From assembly GCA_963674595.2 (NCBI GenBank), contig CAXXFV010000009.1, positions 96,001 through 160,000 of the forward strand: 64,000 bases of DNA. Direction: 5' to 3'. This document shows positions 32,091 to 42,400 of this stretch, one piece after another. The number at the start of each line of letters is the position of its first letter. Within the stretch, counting starts at the first letter, position 1. The DNA comes from a bacterium. GTDB lineage: Bacteria; Zhuqueibacterota; Zhuqueibacteria; Residuimicrobiales; Krinioviventaceae. The notes under the pieces are model-generated. The model saw only the letters and a program-made list of their open reading frames with translations. It did not search any database and was not told where the DNA came from. A program made the translations under genes and the position numbers.

Positions 32091-35000
32091 ATGCCACACC
32101 CCCTATTTTCAACAAACCAGCAGGTAAGAAAAAAATCAAATCGTGATAATATTGGGGTAGTTATTAAGCATACAGGTATACGTCAGCAAATTCATTGGTA
32201 CAAAGTAAATTTTAATGGACGTATAATTGTATGTCCCGAACATGATTTAGAATTGTTTGTTGGTGACTTAGACGTTGAATCTGAATTTGTTAGTGGGAAT
32301 TTTGGAAGCAAAAAGGGATTTTCAAAATTATTGACATATAAGAAACTTATTTCATCTATCCGAAATAATATTTACGCACTATATGCATCAAAAACAGAAT
32401 TTCATGCCTATCAATATAAACCATTGTTGAAGTTTTTAGAATCTCCCGATCAACGTCTTTTAATTGCAGATGAAGTTGGATTAGGAAAGACTATAGAATC
32501 TGGATTAATACTTATTGAACAACGTGCCCGAAATCCAATTAGCAGGATTTTGATTGTATGTCCTTCTTCACTTACGAGAAAGTGGCGCGATGAAATGAGA
32601 ATTCGATTCGATGAAGAATTCGAAATCATGAATAAATTTCGGTTGGAAGAATTTCTCGAAGATTTCTATCGAGATGGAAATAGTATAAAACTGAGAGGAA
32701 TATGTAGTCTTCAATTATTGAGAAATAAGGAAATTCTTGCACAAATAGATGAGACAAATCCATCATTTGATTTAGTTGTAATAGATGAAGCTCATCACCT
32801 TAGAAACTATTCCACCTTATCAAATAGAATGGGCAGATTGCTTGCCACTTTGACAGATGGAATGATATTGCTTACTGCTACACCAATTCATCTTGGTAGT
32901 GAAGATTTGTTTAATCTTTTTAAAATTTTAAGACCGGGAGAATATGAGAATTTTTTCCTGTTTCAAAGGCGTTTAAATTTGAACAAATACATAATTGATG
33001 CAGAACGGGCAATTTTAAGCAGTCCCCCCAATATTCAATCTTGTCTTTCGAGTTTAAAAGAACTAAGAAATACCGAAGAAAATGAACGGTTTGAAAATGA
33101 TCCGGTTTATTGTAGAACTATCTCGCATTTAGAGGATGATCAACACTTATCGAGTAGACGTAAAATTATAGAACTACACCGTGACATTAATAGCTTGAGT
33201 ATGACAAGCAATATACTAACAAGAACTAGGAAACGGGAATTTCAAAAGCTCTCTAAAAGAACAGCACAAACTTTATCTCATAATTTCACTCCCGAAGAAA
33301 AGCGATTCTACGATGCTGTTACATCATACGTGCGATCTCAATATGAACACTATGGATATTTCGGTATTGGTGTATTCGTCGCAATGAACTATCAACGTCA
33401 AGTTGCAAGCTGTATTCCAGCTATGGTTAAACATTATCAAGAACAGCTTCAAATAAATGGAAATGATTCTGAAGTTACTGATTTAGAAATTGAAGATTGG
33501 ATCTCGAATAATAACTATGATGAGGATTATCAGGATAATCATAAAGAATTACTTGAGTTAATAGAATCATGTCAAATCACTGATGGGATCGATAGTAAAT
33601 ATGATAATTTTGTAGAACAAATAAAAAAGTTGGAACATGCCGAAACCGGAAGGAAGATATTAATATTTTCGTATTACAAGAAAACACTTAACTATCTTTC
33701 TGATAGGTTGTCAATGGATGGATTGAGAAATGTTGTTATTCATGGTGATGTGGAGCCGCAAGATAGATACGATTTAATTGACAAATTTAGAGAAGACTCG
33801 GATATAAAAATTCTGCTATCTTCTGAAGTTGGAAGTGAAGGCTTGGATTTCCAATTTTGTCATATTATGGTCAATTATGATTTACCATGGAATCCAATGA
33901 AAGTTGAACAGAGGATTGGAAGGTTAGATCGTTTTGGTCAAAAATCTGATAGAATTATTATCCTCAATATTGTTACGAGTGACACTATCGAAGAAAGAAT
34001 CTTGAATAGATTGTATAATAGAATTAATATTTTTACTGAATCAATAGGTGATTTAGAGCCAATATTAGGGGAGAAATTACATAACCTTCATTTAGAACTA
34101 TTAAAAAGCCACCTTGATGAAGGCGAAGAAAGCGAAAGAATTAAGCAGGTTGCTGACGCGATTGAAAGAGAAAGGCAACAAACGGAGAAGCTTGAGAAGG
34201 AAAGTACTAAATTAATAGGATTTGATGACTATTTCAACCAAGAACTTGGTAGATTGACCAAATATAAAAATTTTATTTCTGATGATGAATTAAAGGTGTT
34301 TTTAGAAGAGTATTTAATCGTAGAATATCCAAATGTAAAATTATATCCTCAAAAAAATCCAAAATTATTCAAAATACGGATTCCATTAGAACTTCTTAAC
34401 CAAATAAAAGAAAGTACGCTTCCTAACAATCAATTATTAAGAAAGTTCTTGAATGAATACTACAAACAAAATAGAAATGTTTTAATTACTTTTAATTCTG
34501 AGGAAGCTAACAAAAATAAGACTATTGAATTTATTAATTCAAACCATCCCTTAATCCAAATGATTGTTAAGCACTATGAATTCAAAAAGACAGAGCTGCA
34601 TCCTGTTTCAAAGATTAAGGTCAAATTTGATAAATTGCCATCTGGATATTATTTTTATTTTGTTTATTTAATTGAATTTTCTGGCGCAAGAGAGGAAAAA
34701 CGTCTGGAAAATATTGTAGTAAATTCAAAATCTTGTCAAGCTCTCACGGATGAATTGGCAGATGAATTAATTGGTGTTGCTAAGGTGCAAGGATCAGATA
34801 TTGATCTTCTCCCTAGTCATTTCGATATGAATCTAAGAAAGTCTTTCGATATCGCTTATGAAACAGCGCACAACATGCGTGAAGAAAGAGGAAATGAGTT
34901 AAGAACCATCAATGACAGCCTGATAGCTGAGCGGATCGGAAGCTTGCAAAAGTCTTTTAACTACAAAATAGGAAAAGCGAAATTGAGGTTGGAAACGGCA

Positions 35001-35156
35001 AGGGAGAAGAAATCAGATCATAGAATAATTCGAATGACTGAAAGCCAAATTAGAAATCTTGAGGACGAAAAAGAGCGTAAAATTAATGAAATGGAGATGA
35101 AGAGAACAGTTAGCAGTTCTCTAGAAGTAGTAGCCGCTGGTGTTATTGTGATATAA
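32091..35156 (+). CDS. SNF2/RapA-like helicase-ATPase (DrmD/ZorD-like family)
   Basis: LIADEVGLGKT, DEAHH, LTATP, SEGLDFQ, YDLPWNPMKVEQRIGRLDR; C-terminal coiled coil. Confidence 0.9.
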   Translation: MPHPLFSTNQQVRKKSNRDNIGVVIKHTGIRQQIHWYKVNFNGRIIVCPEHDLELFVGDLDVESEFVSGNFGSKKGFSKLLTYKKLISSIRNNIYALYASKTEFHAYQYKPLLKFLESPDQRLLIADEVGLGKTIESGLILIEQRARNPISRILIVCPSSLTRKWRDEMRIRFDEEFEIMNKFRLEEFLEDFYRDGNSIKLRGICSLQLLRNKEILAQIDETNPSFDLVVIDEAHHLRNYSTLSNRMGRLLATLTDGMILLTATPIHLGSEDLFNLFKILRPGEYENFFLFQRRLNLNKYIIDAERAILSSPPNIQSCLSSLKELRNTEENERFENDPVYCRTISHLEDDQHLSSRRKIIELHRDINSLSMTSNILTRTRKREFQKLSKRTAQTLSHNFTPEEKRFYDAVTSYVRSQYEHYGYFGIGVFVAMNYQRQVASCIPAMVKHYQEQLQINGNDSEVTDLEIEDWISNNNYDEDYQDNHKELLELIESCQITDGIDSKYDNFVEQIKKLEHAETGRKILIFSYYKKTLNYLSDRLSMDGLRNVVIHGDVEPQDRYDLIDKFREDSDIKILLSSEVGSEGLDFQFCHIMVNYDLPWNPMKVEQRIGRLDRFGQKSDRIIILNIVTSDTIEERILNRLYNRINIFTESIGDLEPILGEKLHNLHLELLKSHLDEGEESERIKQVADAIERERQQTEKLEKESTKLIGFDDYFNQELGRLTKYKNFISDDELKVFLEEYLIVEYPNVKLYPQKNPKLFKIRIPLELLNQIKESTLPNNQLLRKFLNEYYKQNRNVLITFNSEEANKNKTIEFINSNHPLIQMIVKHYEFKKTELHPVSKIKVKFDKLPSGYYFYFVYLIEFSGAREEKRLENIVVNSKSCQALTDELADELIGVAKVQGSDIDLLPSHFDMNLRKSFDIAYETAHNMREERGNELRTINDSLIAERIGSLQKSFNYKIGKAKLRLETAREKKSDHRIIRMTESQIRNLEDEKERKINEMEMKRTVSSSLEVVAAGVIVI

Positions 35157-35213
35157 AAACGATAATTAGTATCCTTGTACATTGAAGATTATTAAATTTT
35201 TTTATAGAAAACG

Positions 35214-36674
35214 ATGAAAAATATTGAAAAAGAAATACGAACTATCAATGTTGGCATAGATTTAGGCACTAGCAGTACTAAGGTCATTTATCAAATTGTG
35301 GAATTGGCCGGAGCAGGCCAGCAGAATGCGTTTATCTTTGATTTTGGAGATAATCCGGAAATTTATCCGCCATTAACATTACCATCCTATGTTATTGTGC
35401 ATGATGAGAAATATTATTTTGGTTTAGAAGCTTATTTAAAAATGGAAATATCTGAAGCAGAATTTACTTCTTTTAAGATGTGTGTTGCTTGTTTAATGGG
35501 GATCACCAAGTGCAAAAAATGTAATCAATATCAGACAAATTCATTTGATAGGGGAATATTTTCTTATAAAGAGATCGAAATTAATGCATATGACATAATG
35601 CTCTTTTATTTGGCATATGTTATGGGAATTGTATGTGAAAGCTTAAATAAAAAATATGGAGATCATTTCAGGCTTATTTACTCTTACAACGTTTCTTTTC
35701 CATTAAATTACCTGCAAAAAAAGGAAAATAATAAATTATTGGAAAAACTCGTGTTTTGGGCTGAAGATTTAAAAGATATTGTACATCAGGGAATCCCAGT
35801 AAAGATGGCAGCAGATGCATTGATAAAAACTTATAATAGAAAAAGCTATTTGCCAAAGATAGAAGAAAAATGCACCTTCGTCTTTTCAGAAACAATTGTC
35901 ACAATGCATTCATTTAGAGTCAGCGCCACTCATGATGATGGCTTGTATGCAATAATTGATATTGGTGCTGGGACAACTGACATTTCGTTTTTTCGGCTTG
36001 GAGAATCCAAAGGAGTTGATCCTCTCTTTTCAATTTATTTTGATCAAAGTCATAATATTGGCGGAGATAATTTTGACCAGACTCTTCTTGACTATCTTAT
36101 GATTAAATTTAAGAACGAAATTTTAAATTTTTCAAATTTTCTTGAAGTAATTAAATCTGCTAAACAAAAAATGTCAGACCAAAATTTATTTATCATTACT
36201 AACTTTTCATTAGAGTGGGGATTAAGAAAATTTCAAGACATTTGCAGTGAAAACTATGTCCAACTAAGGAATGCATTTAGAGAAACAAGGTGTTGTGCAT
36301 TTAAAAAAGAGCAAGATTGGAAACGTTGGGAAAATATCAATATTTTAATTATTGGAGGTGGATCGAAATTACCTTATATCAAGGACCCTATTTATAATAC
36401 TGATATACCACATTTTGACTGGAAGCCTACTTTTCCTGATCTGCAATTACCTGACAATTTAGATATAGTAGGATCGAATATATCTAAAAACAAATTAAAA
36501 GATATATTTTACTACTTCTATACTGCTCATGGTTTATCTTACCATTTTGATGAATATGAAAGGTCACATTATCCAGATACAGTTAGTAATTTTAGGCCAA
36601 AGAAAATTTATCGAAATTTTGTAGATATTGATGATCAATACTCAGGAATGCCTGATACAACAAGGCTTGAATAG
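35214..36674 (+). CDS. Divergent Hsp70/actin-fold ATPase with Cys-rich insert and no substrate-binding domain
   Basis: GIDLGTSSTK, IDIGAGTTD, IGGDNFD, IGGGSKLP; CVAC...CKKC. Confidence 0.8.
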   Translation: MKNIEKEIRTINVGIDLGTSSTKVIYQIVELAGAGQQNAFIFDFGDNPEIYPPLTLPSYVIVHDEKYYFGLEAYLKMEISEAEFTSFKMCVACLMGITKCKKCNQYQTNSFDRGIFSYKEIEINAYDIMLFYLAYVMGIVCESLNKKYGDHFRLIYSYNVSFPLNYLQKKENNKLLEKLVFWAEDLKDIVHQGIPVKMAADALIKTYNRKSYLPKIEEKCTFVFSETIVTMHSFRVSATHDDGLYAIIDIGAGTTDISFFRLGESKGVDPLFSIYFDQSHNIGGDNFDQTLLDYLMIKFKNEILNFSNFLEVIKSAKQKMSDQNLFIITNFSLEWGLRKFQDICSENYVQLRNAFRETRCCAFKKEQDWKRWENINILIIGGGSKLPYIKDPIYNTDIPHFDWKPTFPDLQLPDNLDIVGSNISKNKLKDIFYYFYTAHGLSYHFDEYERSHYPDTVSNFRPKKIYRNFVDIDDQYSGMPDTTRLE

Positions 36675-36706
36675 AATTCACATGCACTTGAATTCCTTTC
36701 GGGTGC

Positions 36707-36859
36707 GTAATTGAGCTGGGTATCTGCTCCAGAATATTTTAATCATCCCAAGGTTTTGAACTATAGGTATAGAAAAATAAACTTTTGGCCTTCACAGATA
36801 TAGATGGTCGTCGTTTACAATATAGTTCGTTCTCAAGCTCGATTATTACTATGTTAAAT
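36707..36859 (+). repeat. Degenerate attC-like site (right half intact)
   Basis: TAATTGAGCT pairs with AGCTCGATTA; ends in GTTAAAT (GTTRRRY) 36 bp before the DUF4268 start; no RYYYAAC left end. Confidence 0.35.
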
Positions 36860-36894
36860 TGTAAAAAATTAATCATTATACCAAAGGTGGTAAA

Positions 36895-37851
36895 ATGACT
36901 TCATTTGGTAAAATTAAAAAACTTAAATTAAGAGATATTTGGCAAAAGGAAGCACATGATTTCACACCATGGTTAGCCAAAAATATTACAGGATTAGGTG
37001 AATCGATTGGTATGGAATTAGAGTTAAATACTATTGAAGCAAATGTTGGTGATTTTTCTTTAGATTTATTAGCAAATGATTTAGGAACAGGTAGTAGTGT
37101 TGTAATTGAAAATCAATTAACTCCTACAGATCATGACCATCTTGGTAAATTACTTACTTATGCAGCGGGATTTGATGCTAAAACAGTTGTATGGGTTGCA
37201 GAATCTATTCGAGATGAACATCGTCAAACATTAGAATGGTTAAACCAACGTACAGGCTCTGACACACAATTTTTTGCTGTAATAATTGAGGTTATACAAA
37301 TTGATGACTCAAAACCAGCTTATAATTTTCGGCCAGTTGTTTTTCCTAATGAATGGCAAAAATCAAGTAGACGTAAAGCAGATAGCAATATATCTACAAA
37401 GGGTGATGCATACAAATCGTTTTTCCAAAACTTGATTGATGATTTAAGAGAAAAACATAAATTTACAGGTGCTCGAATTGGTCAACCACAAAATTGGTAT
37501 GCCTTTTCAGCAGGAATAAGTGGAATTCAATTTTGTGCTGTCTTTAGTCAAGGTGGCAAAGTAAGAGTTGAAGCATATATTGATTTAGGAGATTATGATA
37601 AAAATAAAAAAGTTTTCGATAATTTATATGCCCAAAGAGAAAATATCGAACAAGAAATCGGTTTAAACTTAACATGGGAAAAACTCGAAGAAAAAAGAGC
37701 ATCTAGGATATCAATCTATCAAGATGGTTCAATTGAATCAAATGAAGAAGAATTGATCCAAATACATAATTGGATGATTGATAAATTATTAAAATTTAAA
37801 AAGGTATTTAAACCAAAATTTAATGTGATAATTAAAAAAATTGCCACCTAA
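36895..37851 (+). CDS. DUF4268 protein with NucS-like PD-(D/E)xK N-terminal domain
   Basis: EAHDFTPWL, LDLLA, VIENQL, DHDHLGKLLTYAAG; C-terminal LTWEKLEEKRASRI. Confidence 0.85.
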   Translation: MTSFGKIKKLKLRDIWQKEAHDFTPWLAKNITGLGESIGMELELNTIEANVGDFSLDLLANDLGTGSSVVIENQLTPTDHDHLGKLLTYAAGFDAKTVVWVAESIRDEHRQTLEWLNQRTGSDTQFFAVIIEVIQIDDSKPAYNFRPVVFPNEWQKSSRRKADSNISTKGDAYKSFFQNLIDDLREKHKFTGARIGQPQNWYAFSAGISGIQFCAVFSQGGKVRVEAYIDLGDYDKNKKVFDNLYAQRENIEQEIGLNLTWEKLEEKRASRISIYQDGSIESNEEELIQIHNWMIDKLLKFKKVFKPKFNVIIKKIAT

Positions 37852-37870
37852 CACAGGTTTAATCACTGAC
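37846..37870 (+). repeat. attC left half overlapping the DUF4268 stop codon
   Basis: ACCTAAC (RYYYAAC) followed by ACAGGTTTAATCACTGAC; right half not found. Confidence 0.35.
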
Positions 37871-38012
37871 AAATAGTTGCACATTTTTAGGAATTAAGGA
37901 GATTTTTTTCTCGCCCTTGGGAAGATTCTCTGGATGTCATTAAATGGGGTATTTGCCCCTAAATATTTTGCACACCCGGCGGTTTCGTGTCACCCTTGGT
38001 GTTGTTGGCGGG

Positions 38013-38038
38013 TGTCACCCTGAGCGGAGTCGAAGGGT
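38013..38038 (+). repeat. REP-like palindrome
   Basis: TGTCACCCTGAGCGGAGTCGAAGGGT resembles the widespread GTCACCCTGAGC..GTCGAAGGG REP family. Confidence 0.5.
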
Positions 38039-38220
38039 GGGTAGGGCATAATTCCGATTTTTATTGACGCCCTGGAGTGGCATTTTAGGTGAGCTGGAGA
38101 GTTTTAGCAAATAACAAAGAGATGAAATGATAATGAATTCGCTAATTAAAATATTTTTATCTATTTTTCTTTTAGCATTATTAAATACTATATTATGGTA
38201 ATAAACTTGCGAGATACCCT

Positions 38221-39225
38221 ATGAATGAAAAATGTTTTGTAATAATGCCATTTACTACTCGAAAAGAGGATGAAATAAAATATAATGATAATAATCACTG
38301 GACAGAAGTATATGAAGGCTTGATTAAAAAGGTCTGTGAAGATATGTCAATTATATGCGAAAGAGATGACGTTGATAAATCACCAAGACATATTTTAAAT
38401 GGTATCCTAAATAAGATTGAAAAATATGATTTCGTGTTATGTGATCTATCCAGTTCAAATCCTAATGTACTATTCGAATTAGGGTGGGCAATGCGAGCAG
38501 ACAGACCTATTGTTTTAATAAATGATGATAGAACTGATTTTCTTTTTGATTTGAATCAATTTTATACATGTATATATGATAATAGGTTAAAGCCATCAAC
38601 ATTAGAAAAAAATAAAAAAGAATTGAGCGATACAATCCAAAGTCTCCTAAAAGGCAGTGAAGAACATCCATCTTTTGTAAAGCAATTAGCTTTGGAAGTT
38701 AATTCGCTTCAAAATGTATCAGATGTCAACCCTCAAGAATATCTATTAAAAAAGATTTATGAATCAGTTCAAGACTTTAAGCAAGGTTCAAAAAGCCAGG
38801 GGAAAAGCTCATTTGGGACTTGGACTTTTTACATTAATACTGCTATTGGCCATTTTAGTAGATTAAACACAATTTTAAATAATTGTAACAATTTAATAGA
38901 TGCTGAAAGACAAATATTAGACTTCGTAAATTTAAATAATTTATTCAGAAACCAAGCATATCAATTTTCTCTGATTGATATGAATCGAAGATTCATCTAC
39001 CATGACTGGAAGAATACTATTAATCCGATTGCAACCAAGATTTCTTTGGATTCGTTTAATATTTATGATATAATAATTGAAAATAAAACAGGTATTGTTG
39101 CCTGGCAAGATAACGGTAACAACGCTTTACAGAACTCTGTAGAAAGAAGAGAAAATATTGCTGTATATGCCTATATTAAAAATATTGAGGCTATACTTAT
39201 TTTCGAAATTCATAATAATCTATAA
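38221..39225 (+). CDS. Nucleoside-deoxyribosyltransferase/TIR-like domain fused to a Cache-like domain
   Basis: N-terminus CFVIMPF, VLCDLSSSNPNVLFELG, FLFDL; C-terminus YQFSLIDMNRRFIYH...GIVAW...AVYAYI..ILIFEIH. Confidence 0.65.
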   Translation: MNEKCFVIMPFTTRKEDEIKYNDNNHWTEVYEGLIKKVCEDMSIICERDDVDKSPRHILNGILNKIEKYDFVLCDLSSSNPNVLFELGWAMRADRPIVLINDDRTDFLFDLNQFYTCIYDNRLKPSTLEKNKKELSDTIQSLLKGSEEHPSFVKQLALEVNSLQNVSDVNPQEYLLKKIYESVQDFKQGSKSQGKSSFGTWTFYINTAIGHFSRLNTILNNCNNLIDAERQILDFVNLNNLFRNQAYQFSLIDMNRRFIYHDWKNTINPIATKISLDSFNIYDIIIENKTGIVAWQDNGNNALQNSVERRENIAVYAYIKNIEAILIFEIHNNL

Positions 39226-39230
39226 GTATT

Positions 39231-39362
39231 TCATAACAAAAAGCTCAACCTGACATCCAGGGCAAGCGCTTTTGGGATTGTTATCAGATGCTTTAATGGG
39301 TTGGATTATTTCTGCAAGGTCATACCGGTTCGGCCTAAGTGCAAGTTAACTAAATGTTATAA
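39231..39362 (+). repeat. Integron attC site
   Basis: TCATAAC...AGCTCAACCTG / CAAGTTAACT...GTTATAA; 132 bp; starts 6 bp after the stop. Confidence 0.7.
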
Positions 39363-39415
39363 TAAAAAAATAATAAACTGTACAAAAGCGCAAGTTAATG
39401 TAGAGAATTATTGGA

Positions 39416-42400
39416 ATGACAGAGACTCAAAGACAAATAGATATAGCACGAAAAAGTTTACTTGATTTGACAAATCGAAATAGACTAATCAATTTTAAAT
39501 TAACCAAAAATACATCGCTGAAAGTAGTTGATGAATTACCAACGGAAATTTACAATCTTTTGGTAATTCAAGAAAAAAGCATGGCATTTAAAGCGACAAT
39601 TGAAAACTTAGATGATACGAAGAGCTTGGATTTATTTACTAATGTAGGTAATAAAAAAAATGATAATAGCTTTGCCAGAATTGATGATAGTGAATTACCT
39701 AAGAATTATACTGATTTGTTTCTTCAAACTGACCAGGTAAAGGAAAAGCTTTCTATTAAATTAAGAAAAATCTCGCAGGATGCGAGAGCAATATTAGAGG
39801 AACAAGGTTATAACATTTTATATTTAGCGCTTGGTTTCTTAGAGTATGAAGATGTTGAGCATGAAAGAACAAGACGTAAAGCTCCGCTCATATTAGTCCC
39901 GATTGAACTTTATAGAACTAAAGTAAAAAGTGATTTTAAGATAAAATGGACAGGTGAAGAAATATTGCACAACTTTGCTTTAAAGGAAAAATTAATAGAG
40001 CAAGGCATTATTTTACCAGATTTTGAGATGCCGGACGAAAAGTCTGAATTAGATAGATATTTTAATCGTGTTGAAAAGGAAATAAACACTCATGAAAATT
40101 GGCAGGTAAACAAAGACATTTACTTATCATTCTTTAGTTTTGCCAAATTTGTAATGTATAAAGATCTTGATGCCGATAGTTGGTCTGATATACATTTGTC
40201 TGAAAACAAACTGCTTGAAGGATTGTTTGAAAAAAATGAAGAGATTTTAACTGCAAATGATTTTAATGAAGATGATATTGATAAAAAGCTTGAAACAAAA
40301 AAGTTATTTCATATTTTAGACGCTGATCCATCACAGATATGTGTAATTGAAAATGCGAAAGCTGGTAAGAACTTAGTCGTAGAGGGGCCACCAGGAACAG
40401 GTAAATCACAAACCATAGCCAATATTATTGCTGAGTTACTTGCTAATGAAAAAACAGTATTGTTCGTTTGTGAAAAAATGGCAGCTCTTGAAGTGGTGAA
40501 AAAAAGATTGGACCAAACAGGTATTGGACAATTTTGTCTAGAACTACATAGTAAAAAAACAAACAAAAATGAGTTTTTGAAAGAGCTCGAAAAGTGTGCA
40601 TTTACAACTAGTGAAACAATACCAACATTTGACACTAAATTCAGCAATTTTGAAATATTAAAGAATGAGCTCAACGATTATGCGAAAACTTTAAGGACGA
40701 GGGTGGGAAATTTAGAATTTAATGTATATGAATTACTGATGCTAAAAGAGAAAAGTTTGTTGCATTTCGAAAGGGTGAAGAGAAATGAACTCGATTTATC
40801 GATTGGAGATTGGATTAATATAACTTCTGAGGATTATACCGAGGCAATAAAATCGCTTAATGACCTATCACAAACAATACAGCTTGTACAACCTATAAAT
40901 AAAAATCCATGGAAATGGTGTGCCCCAAATCAGATTATACTACCAAGTGATGTGAAAATTATCAAGGAGAAACTTAATTATGCCATTAGAAACCTAACTT
41001 TGTATGCAAATAGCTTAAAATTTTTATCAACCTTGAGTGGTATCAGAATTCCAAGAACCATGAGTAATCTTAAAGAAGCTGTTAATGCAGCTGTAATGAT
41101 TTCAAAAGCAGGAAAAGTTGATGAAAACGTACTTCTAAACGAAGAATGGAACACCCCTTCAAACATTGCAAGTAAGATTGTTGAAACGATTCGTAAAATA
41201 AAGAACCTTAAGCCTATATACTCACAAAAGTTTAGAAACAATGCATCCGGTTGCGATATTGTATTCTTATTGAAGGAATATAAAGAAACCTATAACAAAA
41301 TATTTAAAATTTTCTACCCACGCTACTATAAAACGAAGAAAATGCTAAAAAGTATTTATCTTAATTCAATCCAAAGAAACAAATATCTGATACTTGAAGA
41401 TCTTTTAATGTTGAAAGAATACATTAATGCTAAGAACTACATAAAAAATATCGAAACCAAGGGGCTTGCTCTCTTTGGAACACATTGGAATGGAGAAAAT
41501 AGTAATCCTGAAATGCTAGAGTATTTGTCGGGATGGCTTGTTTCATTCAGAAAGGAATTGGTCGCACAAACTTTAAGTAATAATTCACTTAAATTAGTCT
41601 CAAACGGGATTTCGAAGGAGAATATAGTAAAAACTTTGAAAAAACTAAAAACAGAGTATATTAATTTTGCACAATCTATTAAAACGTTAGATAGAATTTT
41701 AAAGCCAAATTATGATAAATATTTTGAAATGAAGTTTGAGAATGCAGATATTAATAAAATTTATAATTTACTAAAAATGTGGGAAAAGCATACTGACAGA
41801 ATTCAAAAATGGACACAATTTTTACCATATATTGAACGATGTAGAAAAACAATAGCATGGCCTATTGCTGATTATTTATTTATGAATAATTTATATTCAG
41901 AAGATATCGTCCCTAGTTTTCAAAGTTGCTTTGCTGACTTTTTTATCCGACATGCATTTGAAACGATGCCAACACTAAATAATTTTGTTGCAAATTTTCA
42001 TCAGAAGAGAATAAATTCCTTTATTGAAATTGACCAAGAATTAATTAAGTTAAATAGAGTGAGGTTATATAACAAATTAAGTGCTGCGAAACCCAAAATA
42101 TTCTATGGCATATCACCTGATTCTGAAGTGGGCCTTTTAGTGGGCGAGTTTAATAAAAAAAGGCGGCATATGCCAATAAGAAGACTCCTATCTGCAATAC
42201 CTAAATTAGTACAGAAAATAAAGCCGTGTTTTATGATGAGTCCAATCTCAATAGCACAATATTTAAAGCCAGGAAATGTTAAATTTGATGTGATTATATT
42301 CGATGAAGCGAGCCAAATCAAGCCACAAGATTCTTTAGGTGCATTTTTACGTGCAAAACAAGCTATTGTTATTGGGGACACAAGGCAATTACCACCAACA

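Noticed and set aside
32091-35156. DISARM or Zorya system
   Set aside because: No methyltransferase, DUF1998, PLD or ZorA/ZorB genes nearby
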